Source: an uncultured Pseudomonadota bacterium (GTDB taxonomy: Bacteria > SAR324 > NAC60-12). From it: a stretch of 61,639 nucleotides of DNA. Location of the stretch: positions 1 to 61,639 of the forward strand of contig CAJWCD010000003.1 in assembly GCA_913020725.1 (NCBI GenBank), written 5' to 3'. Shown here one piece after another: positions 51,816-60,944 of this stretch. The notes beneath the pieces were generated by a model. It was not told where the DNA came from. It saw only the letters and a list, made by a program, of their open reading frames with translations, and searched no databases. The position numbers and the translations under genes are program-made. How positions within the stretch are numbered: position 1 is the first letter of the stretch; the number at the start of each line of letters is the position of its first letter.

Positions 51816-52658
51816 ATGAAGGTCCAGCACAAAGTTGAGCTGAAGGAAATCGGCCTCGATATCGGCCTAGCGATCGCCCGGCATTTCTACAAGACCGACT
51901 ACCTGCACTACGGTTGCTGGCCGGAAGGGTTGGCGGTTGCGCCGGAGAACGTGCGGGAGGCGCAGGAGAATTACGCCGATTTGCTGCTCCGCAACATCCC
52001 GGACGGCGTGAAGCGCATTCTGGACGTGGGTTGCGGTTCCGGAAAGTTCGCCGAACGCTTGCTGGAGGAAGGATTTTCCGTGGATTGCGTTTCGCCCAGC
52101 CCCACTCTCACGCGCAACGCACGAGCGCGTTTGGGGAATCGCGCCGAGGTGTTTGAGTGCAAGTTCGAGGATTTGCAGACGGATCGGCGTTACGGCCTCA
52201 TTCTTTTCAGCGAGAGTTTCCAGTACCTGTTGCTGGAGCAGGCGCTGGCCCAAAGCCTGGCCTGCCTCAATCCGGGAGGGCATCTGCTGATCTGCGATTT
52301 CTTCAAGCGCAACGTTCCCGGCAAGAGTCCGGTTAGCGGTGGGCACCAGATCGACCGCTTCCTTTCGTTCATGGATTCACAACCTTTCACCTTGCTGAAG
52401 GACGAGGACATCACGGCGGAAACGGCCCCGTCGCTCGACATCATGCGCGACTTCATTCAGGAGGTCATCAAGCCGATCTGGGAGGCGATTGCCTACTACA
52501 TGACCTCCAACTACCCGCGCTTCTCGGCGCTCTTCTCCCGCGTGTTCCAGAAAAAAATTGCACAAGCCGACCGCAAGTACCTCTCCGGCAACACCAATGG
52601 CGAGCAGTTCGCCCACTTCAAGACCTACCGCCTCTTTCTCTTCCAACAGCAAAGCTGA
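51816..52658 (+). CDS. Class I SAM-dependent methyltransferase.
   Basis: ILDVGCGSGKF motif I. Confidence 0.7.
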   Translation: MKVQHKVELKEIGLDIGLAIARHFYKTDYLHYGCWPEGLAVAPENVREAQENYADLLLRNIPDGVKRILDVGCGSGKFAERLLEEGFSVDCVSPSPTLTRNARARLGNRAEVFECKFEDLQTDRRYGLILFSESFQYLLLEQALAQSLACLNPGGHLLICDFFKRNVPGKSPVSGGHQIDRFLSFMDSQPFTLLKDEDITAETAPSLDIMRDFIQEVIKPIWEAIAYYMTSNYPRFSALFSRVFQKKIAQADRKYLSGNTNGEQFAHFKTYRLFLFQQQS

Positions 52659-52659
52659 G

Positions 52660-52992
52660 ATGTTTCCGAACCACTCGCCTGCTCCTTGGCAAGAACGCTA
52701 CACTCATGGCACTCCGGGCGTCTTCCAGATTTATGCGGGGGAAACGCTGGTGACGGAAGTCCGGACCTCTGATGAGGAACGGCAAGCTCCGGACGCCCAC
52801 CTCATCACTGCCGCGCCGCTGCTCTACGAAGCTCTGCGCGAACTGCTCGACTCCGCCGAGGAAGGCTTGATGCAAAACGGCGAGGGCTGCGAGTGCGACC
52901 GTTGCGACGACGCCAAACACGCCGCCTACCGCGCCCTCGGCTTTGCCGAAGGCCGCACCCGCCTCAAGGAAGGGCAGTCCGGGACGTTTTAG
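52660..52992 (+). CDS. Hypothetical protein of about 110 aa with a C-terminal Cys cluster (GCECDRCDD).
   Basis: The ATG lies 2 nt after the methyltransferase stop. No homology recognised. Confidence 0.35.
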   Translation: MFPNHSPAPWQERYTHGTPGVFQIYAGETLVTEVRTSDEERQAPDAHLITAAPLLYEALRELLDSAEEGLMQNGEGCECDRCDDAKHAAYRALGFAEGRTRLKEGQSGTF

Positions 52993-53975
52993 GGGGCCGA
53001 TTTAACTTCAGCTTCCAGTACCGCGAGGAGTTCCAGAAAATCCTCCGGAGGTTGGGTGCGGAACATGAGGGGTTTTCTGGTTTCGGGGTGGACGAACCCC
53101 AGCCGTTCGGCGTGCAGGGCTTGGCGTTGGAATCCGGCAAGGGCGGCGCGGGCGTGGGATGAGAGTTTACCAAGTCGGCGCAGGGGTGAGCGTCCGTACT
53201 GCGGATCACCGACAACGGGCAAACCGAGGCTGGCGAGATGGGCGCGGATTTGGTGGGTGCGTCCGGTTTCCAGCCGACATGCAAGCAGCGCAGTTCCGGT
53301 AAAACGCCGCAGCACCTTCCAGTGGGTGATGGCCCGACGCCCGTCTTCAACGACCGCCATGTCTTTGCGGCGTGTCGGATGCCGACCGAGCGGCGCGTCC
53401 ACTGTGCCCTGCTCCGCGTTCGGTTTTCCCCAGACAAGCGCCTGATATTGTCGCTTCACTGAATGCTCCTGAAACTGCCGAGCAAGGTGCTGATGTGCCT
53501 GATCGGTTTTGGCAACCACCAGCACTCCGGAGGTGTCCTTGTCGAGCCGATGCACAATGCCTGGTCGGCGCACTCCGCCGATTCCAGAGAGGTCCGGACA
53601 GTGGTGCAAAAGCCGATGGACGAGGGTGCCGACGGTATGTCCTGGAGCCGGATGTACGACCAGCCCGGGAGGTTTGTTGAGGACGATCAGGTGCGAATCT
53701 TCATGGAGGATTTCCAGAGGGCCGGATTCGGGAACGAGTTCCAGTGGCTCCGGCGGCGGGAGGATCCAAGTCAACTGATCTCCTTCGTGCAGACGACAGG
53801 AGGCACGAAGGAGGACGGTGCCGTTGAGGCGAACATGCCCGTTGGCAATCAGTCGCTGGGCGGTGACGCGAGAGGGGATTTCCGGATGTGTGGCCAGTAG
53901 CTGATCGGCACGCACCCCCGCCGTTTCCGGAATAATTTGCAGAAAACAGGTGGGACGGGGACCGGACTCGGCCAC
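52989..53975 (-). CDS. rluD: RluA-family pseudouridine synthase (RluD-like) with an N-terminal S4 domain.
   Basis: HRLDKDTSGVLVVAK catalytic motif. Confidence 0.85.
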   Translation of the reverse strand: MAESGPRPTCFLQIIPETAGVRADQLLATHPEIPSRVTAQRLIANGHVRLNGTVLLRASCRLHEGDQLTWILPPPEPLELVPESGPLEILHEDSHLIVLNKPPGLVVHPAPGHTVGTLVHRLLHHCPDLSGIGGVRRPGIVHRLDKDTSGVLVVAKTDQAHQHLARQFQEHSVKRQYQALVWGKPNAEQGTVDAPLGRHPTRRKDMAVVEDGRRAITHWKVLRRFTGTALLACRLETGRTHQIRAHLASLGLPVVGDPQYGRSPLRRLGKLSSHARAALAGFQRQALHAERLGFVHPETRKPLMFRTQPPEDFLELLAVLEAEVKSAP

Positions 53976-53982
53976 GGAAGAC

Positions 53983-54213
53983 TCAGAACGCAGACATGCA
54001 GATGACGTTGATCATCGTTTGCGTGTCACTTTTGCGGATGATGGTGGCCACCTCGTACTGCCGCTGGCCGTGTTCGAAGAGTTTGCCAACGTAGAGATCA
54101 TCGGAAGGGAATGAAAGTTCCTTGGACTTGGAAAAGCCAACCAGTCCATAGACTGCAACGGTGATGGGTTGTGCGTTTTCGGGCATGCCGTAGTTAGCCA
54201 TATTAAAGGACAT
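53983..54213 (-). CDS. Hypothetical small protein of about 76 aa.
   Basis: ORF immediately upstream of rluD on the same strand. Confidence 0.3.
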   Translation of the reverse strand: MSFNMANYGMPENAQPITVAVYGLVGFSKSKELSFPSDDLYVGKLFEHGQRQYEVATIIRKSDTQTMINVICMSAF

Positions 54214-54296
54214 TGGTAGTGTAGGGCGAAGCCACAGGTCTGTGCAAGCGTTTTCCATGCTTGTCTAATTTGGGCGTCCCCGTTAGCGTAGGGGGC

Positions 54297-55199
54297 ATGT
54301 GGAGAATCGTCTTGTCCCGGATACTGCCCGTGCTGCTGCTGATCTTGAGTGGTGGAGGCGTTCTTGCCGGGGCACAAGCCCTGCCAGAGGGCTGGGATGC
54401 GTTGTTGCTGTCCGGACGCAAGTTTCGGGTGATCGATGGTGATACCTTTGACGCCGACCTCAATGGAGATGGCCGCTTGGCCAAAACGCGGGAGCGTATC
54501 CGGCTTTTGTATGTGGACACGCCGGAACTCTCGAAATCCCACAAGGGCAAGGACGTGGGCCTGGGCAAACCCGCGAAGGCGTTTCTCACGGAAGTTTTGG
54601 AGGGGCGGAGAATCCGGCTGTGGGTGAATCCAGATTACTCTAGGGGCAATTACGGACGCTTGCTCGGTGTGTTGGAAGCGGATGGGCGCAACGTCAACCT
54701 CGGACTCATCGCACAAGGACACAGCTATTTCGACACGCGCTTTTTGTTTCCGGAAGATTATGTGACTTACGCCCGTGCGGAAGTCACCGCGTTTGAGCGT
54801 CAGCGTGGCATCTGGGGCACGCAGGATTCCCGCAAGCGTTACCTCCAGCGGCTCCGGCGCGAGGGCAAGACGGTTTATTCGGCAAAGAATCCGTGGTTCC
54901 GGATCAGGAAAATTCCGGTGCGGAGCATTCACCTCCCGAAATGGCAGGATCGTTTCGTGCGGGTAGAAGGCACAATCCAGAAAATCCGGAAGCTGCGCAA
55001 GGGCGCAAAACTCGTTTATCTGGAACACGATCAAATCCGTTCCGGAGTGCCCGTGATCACCTTTGAGAACCAGCGGCGCTGGCAAAAACTGGAGAGCTTG
55101 AAGCGTGGAAAGTCAGTTTTGATTGAGGGGTTTGTGAGCCAATACAAGCAGGAGTGGCAAATCCGCCTGCACCGTGGAGTGCAGCTTGATTTGGAGTGA
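54297..55199 (+). CDS. Thermonuclease (staphylococcal-nuclease-like) protein with an N-terminal membrane or signal anchor and a basic C-terminal extension of about 140 aa.
   Basis: SNase motifs (VIDGDTF, LLYVDTPE, GRLLGVL), then a Lys/Arg-rich OB-like tail. Confidence 0.65.
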   Translation: MWRIVLSRILPVLLLILSGGGVLAGAQALPEGWDALLLSGRKFRVIDGDTFDADLNGDGRLAKTRERIRLLYVDTPELSKSHKGKDVGLGKPAKAFLTEVLEGRRIRLWVNPDYSRGNYGRLLGVLEADGRNVNLGLIAQGHSYFDTRFLFPEDYVTYARAEVTAFERQRGIWGTQDSRKRYLQRLRREGKTVYSAKNPWFRIRKIPVRSIHLPKWQDRFVRVEGTIQKIRKLRKGAKLVYLEHDQIRSGVPVITFENQRRWQKLESLKRGKSVLIEGFVSQYKQEWQIRLHRGVQLDLE

Positions 55200-55244
55200 A
55201 GGCGGGATGCGGGCGTTGCCGCCTGCAAGCGGATTGGGGTCGGA

Positions 55245-55457
55245 TTAGCGCATCTGATCCAGCATCGCGGATTGCGATTCCGTGAAGTAATCGGTGCGCC
55301 GCACCAGTTGGTTGGGGGCCGCTGTGAAGGCCGTACCTTGGGCGTGGCGATAGCGGTATTCCTGACGTTGGGCTTTGGCAGAGCGGTTCCAGTCGCATCC
55401 CGACAAAACCAGAAGGAGCAGCAGGGCACTCAGGCCCACAAGCAGTCGCGTTCGCAT
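55245..55457 (-). CDS. Small lipoprotein, 70 aa.
   Basis: Signal peptide with lipobox (LLLLVLSGC). Confidence 0.45.
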   Translation of the reverse strand: MRTRLLVGLSALLLLLVLSGCDWNRSAKAQRQEYRYRHAQGTAFTAAPNQLVRRTDYFTESQSAMLDQMR

Positions 55458-55591
55458 GTGCAGAATTGGTCAGTTAAGGGGTCAAGCAAATGAAATCGGA
55501 TTCCGGTGGAATGCCGATGTGGGATGGAATGCAGGTTAGGGAAAAAACCTTGGTGTAGCAAGTCAATTTGCTTCTGATAATCAGAGGAACC

Positions 55592-56275
55592 ATGAGCGAA
55601 CTGTACTATAATTCTTTGATTTTGCCTGACCTTGGGCGAACGCTGGCCCTGCTCCCGGAGGATGTGGGTGTGGTGTGGCTACTACGGCACTCGTTGCGCC
55701 CGCCCCTGCCAGACAAGATTTTCGGGATGCAGGTGGATCTTACTCCAGAGGGGGTTGAACTTGCCGAAAAATTCGGACGCTCATTTCCAAAGCGTCTCGT
55801 GTCCGTGCGTTCCAGCCCCTCCAAGCGTTGCATTCAGACCGGGGATGCGTTGGTGAGTGGAACTGGGACTGCGTTGGAAGTCACACTCAACCCCATGCTT
55901 GGGGAGCCGGGGGCTTTTGTCACCGAGGTGGAAGCCTCGCGGCAGGCATTGGTTCAGTACGGCCCTCTCGGTATGGTCGAGCGGATGCTGCAAGGGGAAT
56001 TGCTAGGAGGTGAGCGTTCCATCACCGAGGGAGTCCGGATGATGCTCAACAGCATTTTGGACTCTGAACCGGAGCCGGGGACGTGGCATGCTGAGGTCAC
56101 GCATGACACTCTGCTTTCAGCAACGCTGTTTTGCCTAGAAGGGCGAACTCAACTCGTGGTGGAGGACTGGCCCCGCATGCTCGAAGGGGCGGCGCTGTGG
56201 CGGGTTCCGGGGGGAGTTCGCTGGATTTGGCGTGGGACGGTTTACGAGCGCGAATGGCCCGGATTACACCCGTGA
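55592..56275 (+). CDS. Histidine-phosphatase (phosphoglycerate-mutase-like) superfamily protein.
   Basis: LLRHSLRP (a variant of the RHG motif) and SSPSKRCIQTGDAL. Confidence 0.5.
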   Translation: MSELYYNSLILPDLGRTLALLPEDVGVVWLLRHSLRPPLPDKIFGMQVDLTPEGVELAEKFGRSFPKRLVSVRSSPSKRCIQTGDALVSGTGTALEVTLNPMLGEPGAFVTEVEASRQALVQYGPLGMVERMLQGELLGGERSITEGVRMMLNSILDSEPEPGTWHAEVTHDTLLSATLFCLEGRTQLVVEDWPRMLEGAALWRVPGGVRWIWRGTVYEREWPGLHP

Positions 56276-56701
56276 CGAGCAACCGCCTGTGACGTAGCGA
56301 ATTTGCTTCCAGCGCCGAGTTTTGGGATTGAAGCGTTGCACCTTGAGATGCCCGTTGACATCGCAGGATTGTACGAGGATGCGCTGGTTGATGACACTCG
56401 CCTGCACCGGACGATAGGTTCTTGATCCGGGAATGGTGGTTCTTGCAGACCACTGCTCGCCATTGTTGCGGGATTCTTCCAACTGGCTCCCGACATTCGA
56501 AGCTGAAAACCGGAAAAGCGTATCCTTCACGCGCACTGTCACCGTACAACCCAGCACTGAGGTGCAATCGCCGTGCGTCGTGCGCTGGAGCCAGCCCGGT
56601 TGCTCTGGGGCGCATCCTGCCATGCCCAGCACCACAAATCCGGTCAAACACCAAAATCCAAGCGTACGGCAAGCGGTTTGTTTGGTTCCTGATGGGTTCA
56701 T
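56264..56701 (-). CDS. Hypothetical lipoprotein.
   Basis: MNPSGTKQTACRTLGFWCLTGFVVLGMAGC signal with lipobox. Confidence 0.5.
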   Translation of the reverse strand: MNPSGTKQTACRTLGFWCLTGFVVLGMAGCAPEQPGWLQRTTHGDCTSVLGCTVTVRVKDTLFRFSASNVGSQLEESRNNGEQWSARTTIPGSRTYRPVQASVINQRILVQSCDVNGHLKVQRFNPKTRRWKQIRYVTGGCSSRV

Positions 56702-56779
56702 ACGATTCCGAAGGAATCCATTATACGGATGAATGATCAAGCTCACCGGCGACAAGAAAATGCAACGTAGTAACAATCA

Positions 56780-57640
56780 AGTGTAGCGATTTGTTGACGT
56801 TTTATGACTTTTCAGCGATTACCAACATTTCATAATCTTCGGTTGTTAATTTATCGTTCCTTGTAAAAGCGCCTAATTTTGCACCAAAGATATCAATAGT
56901 TTTAAAGTTAAGTGTTTTCAGTAACCAATTTATTTCTGATGGGACATAATATCTCTCGTTACAGATTAGTTCTTTTTTATGACCTAAATCATCCTCAATA
57001 TGTGTAGTGCTATGGTCTCGAAATGTCATTAAATCAAATGAATTATTATTGTATGTCGCATTTCCATCTGTTGGAGATGATGCAAGAAATTCTTTAACAG
57101 AATGAAACAAAGGAAACAAACCATTTAATGTTGTAAAAATTAATTTTCCTTTTGGTTTTAATGCGTTAGAAGCATTTCTGAGAATTTTAAAATTCATCTC
57201 ATCGGTTTCCATTAACGGAAAAGCGCCTTCACAAAGCATAATGGCTAAATCAAATTCACTTAGAAAAGGAAGCTCTCTAGCATCATATTTTTTAAAAGAA
57301 ATTTGCAGGTTATGTTTGGATGCCTTGTCTTGTGCTCGTTTTAGAAGTGATTCTGATAAATCAATTCCAGTAACGGTATATCCTCTTTTGGATAATTCGA
57401 TGGAATGCCTTCCCGTTCCACACCCAATGTCCAATATGCTTGATTGTTTGTTAGAATTGATTTCCTTTTCTATGAAATCGCATTCTCCAGTTGTTCCGCG
57501 GGTGAAATTTTCATTGTCATATTTCATTCCGTAATTTTCGAAAAACTCTTCATACCACTGTTTCATACAATATTATTCTGTTATCAGATGCTGATTTGTG
57601 CTGGTCCGGAAAATAGTATTCATTGGAATTAGATCCAAAA
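56780..57640. other. Low-GC island of about 850 bp carrying a single gene; probable horizontal acquisition.
   Basis: GC falls from about 58% to about 33% exactly over this segment. Confidence 0.7.
56802..57566 (-). CDS. Class I SAM-dependent methyltransferase on a low-GC (about 33%) foreign segment.
   Basis: ILDIGCGTGRHS motif I. The codon usage and base composition differ sharply from the host. Confidence 0.75.
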   Translation of the reverse strand: MKQWYEEFFENYGMKYDNENFTRGTTGECDFIEKEINSNKQSSILDIGCGTGRHSIELSKRGYTVTGIDLSESLLKRAQDKASKHNLQISFKKYDARELPFLSEFDLAIMLCEGAFPLMETDEMNFKILRNASNALKPKGKLIFTTLNGLFPLFHSVKEFLASSPTDGNATYNNNSFDLMTFRDHSTTHIEDDLGHKKELICNERYYVPSEINWLLKTLNFKTIDIFGAKLGAFTRNDKLTTEDYEMLVIAEKS

Positions 57641-58438
57641 TCATGCGATGACATTCCTCCAACTCTTCGTGGCCTCCGATCATTTACACCGCTCCGGAAT
57701 TGCGCTCAGCGGTGTTCAAGGTTCTGGAGCGGGTGATCCCCTCACGAAGCGGCCCGGGGCTCAGCAACGAACAAAGTCATCAAAAGCGGACCCTCGTCTC
57801 GGGCGCCCGGGATGGAGCAGGGGACGATCCTACCCTTTGTGTTTGATCAATGTGCATTATCGCATCGACAGTAAGCTTCTCTTCAATGCCACACGCAAGA
57901 CGATTGCAGAATGCACCCGACTATCGCCGACCTGTCAGCAGGTGGGGTGGCGACAATGCCGCAACAATGTCAATGTTGTTTTGTATTCCTCTATCTGACA
58001 CTCGAACCTTGAATTCGTGGAGGGCATTCCTGTCAACGCCGGGTACAGCGTTCCGGACTCGAAGATGTCATTTCGAGCTTTTTTACAACTTGTGCAGCCC
58101 TTTGGAGAATCGTTCCACAAGTTCAGAGGCATGCGCTCCGGATTTCTGGATCAAATCTGGCTTTTGGTCGCTGGCACTCATCGACAGCTCTGTCTCTCAG
58201 GAAACGGGACGGTTTGAGTTATTACTGGACCATCAACGGTGGAACTGTGATCGTGCACCTGAACCCGACCAAACTGACAAGAACAGGAAGAGAGGGGAAG
58301 CAACAGCTAAGCTACCAGCACTTGTGTCCCGGTGCGAGATTGTGTTACAGTCATGTTGTTTATCCGTAATGGTGGTTCAGTCCCCCTCATTGACTTGGGG
58401 GCCTCCCGAAATAAGCAACGCATTTTCACAAATCAGAC

Positions 58439-59182
58439 ATGACTCAACGACTTCAGGGCAAGACTGCTGTGATCACCGCCGCCGCACAAGGCATTGGACG
58501 GGCTACGGCCCTCCGTTTTTCCGAAGAAGGCGCAACCGTCTGGGCCACAGACCTTAACGAAACCGCACTGCAAGCGCTCGCCAAGGAAAACCCTGCCATT
58601 CAAACTGCCGTTCTCGATGTCCGAGATGCTGCGGTGATTCAGGCGTTTGCAAAGCAACGTGGTGCGGTGGATATTCTCTTCAACTGCGCGGGCTATGTGC
58701 ATCACGGCACCATCCTCGACTGTGACGAAGACGACTGGGAATTCTCCTTCGACCTCAATGTACGAGCGATGTACCGGATGCTGCGCGCCTTCTTGCCGGC
58801 AATGATCGCAGCCGGAGGTGGCTCCGTCATCAACATGGCCTCGGTTGTTTCTGTGAAGGGCGTTCCGAACCGTTTTGTCTATGGAGCCTCAAAAGCAGCA
58901 GTGGTGGGACTGACCAAAGCCATCGCAGCAGATTTCGTGACCAAGGGTATTCGCTGCAACGCGATCTGTCCGGGCACAGTGCAATCCCCGTCACTGGACG
59001 AACGCATCGCGGCACAGGGTGGGAATCCGGAAGAAGTACGGGCTGCATTCATTGCTCGTCAGCCCATGGGACGCCTCGGCACCGTGGAAGAAATTGCTGC
59101 CACGGCAACATTTCTCGCTGCCGATGAATCGGCTTATGCGACTGGCGCGATCTTCATGATTGACGGCGGTATGACCATGTAG
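58439..59182 (+). CDS. SDR-family oxidoreductase.
   Basis: TAAAQGIGRA and YGASKAA. Confidence 0.85.
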   Translation: MTQRLQGKTAVITAAAQGIGRATALRFSEEGATVWATDLNETALQALAKENPAIQTAVLDVRDAAVIQAFAKQRGAVDILFNCAGYVHHGTILDCDEDDWEFSFDLNVRAMYRMLRAFLPAMIAAGGGSVINMASVVSVKGVPNRFVYGASKAAVVGLTKAIAADFVTKGIRCNAICPGTVQSPSLDERIAAQGGNPEEVRAAFIARQPMGRLGTVEEIAATATFLAADESAYATGAIFMIDGGMTM

Positions 59183-59230
59183 CGGTGTCCCACAGCTATA
59201 CTTTTCAACCACAGAGATCGCAGAGAGGAA

Positions 59231-59989
59231 ATGGACCTCAAAGACAAAGTCATCGTTGTCACTGGAGCCGCCCAAGGATTGGGACGCCAATTCGCAGTTG
59301 ATGTGGCTGCACAAGGTGGAAAGCTTGCCCTTGCGGACCGCAATCCGGAACAACTTGAAAAAACGCGGCAGGAGCTTGCGAGTACTGGTGCAGATGTACG
59401 CAGTTACGAACTGGATGTTTCCAAAGAAGCGGAGGTCGAGGGGTTTTACGCGCAAGTGGTTTCCGATTTCGGTACGCTCGACGGTAGCATCAACAACGCA
59501 GGAGTGCTTCGGGACAGCTTGCTCGTCAAGGTCAAGGACGGGCAACTTCAGAAATTCCCGCTCGACAAGTGGCAGGCCGTCATTGATGTCAACCTCACTG
59601 GCGTTTTTCTCTGCGGGCGGGAAGCCGCCGCGCAATTGATCAGCCTGAAGAAGCCCGGCGTCATCGTCAACATCTCCTCCATCGCCTACCACGGGAACTT
59701 CGGACAGAGCAATTACTCCGCCGCCAAAGCTGGAGTTGCTGCTATGACCGTCCTCTGGGCGAAGGAACTCGCACAGCACAACATCCGCGTTGGGGCAATC
59801 GCTCCCGGATTCACAGCCACCGAAATGGTCGTGTCTCTGCGCGAGGAAGTGAAGACGAAATTCACCGAAAGCATCCCCCTGCGGCGTTTTGCCGAACCCA
59901 GTGAAATCAGCGATGGCGTCCTCTTCATCCTGCGTAACGACTATGTGACGGGCGAGATCATCGAGATCAGTGGAGGTGTCCGGATCTGA
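59231..59989 (+). CDS. SDR-family oxidoreductase (FabG-like).
   Basis: TGAAQGLGR and YSAAKAG. Confidence 0.85.
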   Translation: MDLKDKVIVVTGAAQGLGRQFAVDVAAQGGKLALADRNPEQLEKTRQELASTGADVRSYELDVSKEAEVEGFYAQVVSDFGTLDGSINNAGVLRDSLLVKVKDGQLQKFPLDKWQAVIDVNLTGVFLCGREAAAQLISLKKPGVIVNISSIAYHGNFGQSNYSAAKAGVAAMTVLWAKELAQHNIRVGAIAPGFTATEMVVSLREEVKTKFTESIPLRRFAEPSEISDGVLFILRNDYVTGEIIEISGGVRI

Positions 59990-60864
59990 TGCGGAGCGTT
60001 GCGCTCTATGCAGTCACAGTCCTGATCTGGGGCACAAGCTGGCTGGCGATCATCTATCAACTTGGTGTGGTTGATCCTATGGTTTCGGTCGCCTATCGGT
60101 TCATCCTCGCCGCCGTGATCATGCACGGACTTTGCTGGGTGAGGCGCCAACCGATGCGTTTCTCCCGGCGCGACCACTGCTTCCTTGCGCTACAGGGGGC
60201 CAGCCTTTTCGCACTCAACTACTGGCTCTTCTACAACGCAGAACTCCACATCGCCAGCGGCCTTGCTGCGGTTGTCTTTTCCACGATCATCGTCTGGAAC
60301 ATCCTCATCGGCGCCGTCTGGATTCGACATCCGTTGGATCGTCGGGTGTTGCTGGGAGCAGGGTTGGGGCTGTGCGGAATTGCTCTGGTCTTTTGGCCGG
60401 AGGTGCAAGACTTTGAGGCCAACGAGACTGGGCTGTACGGACTTGGGCTGTCCATTGTGGCCACCATGCTCGCCTCGCTCGGCAACATCGCCTCCGCCCG
60501 CAACCAGCAGGCTGGAATTTCGGTGCTGTCCTCCAACGCTTGGGCAATGACCTATGGGGCTGGTCTAATGGTGCTGCTAGCACTCGTTTCCGGAAAGCCC
60601 TTCGACTTCATGGCCACCCCGCTCTATGTTGGCGCGCTGCTTTACTTGAGCGTGTTTGCTTCTGTGATCGCCTTCTGGAGTTACCTCACCCTCGTTGGAG
60701 AAATTGGCCCCGACCGCGCTGCCTACGCGACCCTGCTCTTCCCCCTCGTTGCTCTCGGCCTTTCCACCGTCTTTGAGGATTATGTCTGGACCCTTCCCGC
60801 CATCATCGCTGTTTGCCTCATCCTTGGAGGGAATTTGCTGACTCTCCGGAAGCCTGCTGGATGA
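59989..60864 (+). CDS. EamA/DMT-family transporter.
   Basis: Ten predicted TM segments and two EamA-like halves. Confidence 0.7.
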   Translation: MRSVALYAVTVLIWGTSWLAIIYQLGVVDPMVSVAYRFILAAVIMHGLCWVRRQPMRFSRRDHCFLALQGASLFALNYWLFYNAELHIASGLAAVVFSTIIVWNILIGAVWIRHPLDRRVLLGAGLGLCGIALVFWPEVQDFEANETGLYGLGLSIVATMLASLGNIASARNQQAGISVLSSNAWAMTYGAGLMVLLALVSGKPFDFMATPLYVGALLYLSVFASVIAFWSYLTLVGEIGPDRAAYATLLFPLVALGLSTVFEDYVWTLPAIIAVCLILGGNLLTLRKPAG

Positions 60865-60944
60865 AACTTGCCAAAACACCCTCCACTATGGATCCCGTTG
60901 CCAAGCTCAGGCATCGTTCGTTAGTTCTTGGGATTGGGACTGGT

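Noticed and set aside
57700-57830. Possible tmRNA, tRNA-like or other structured RNA in the GC-rich stretch GGCCCGGGGCTCAGC...GGGACGATCCTACCC.
   Set aside because: No tRNA T-arm consensus (GGTTCGAATCC), no CCA end and no tmRNA tag-reading-frame features could be recognised by eye. It would need covariance-model scanning.
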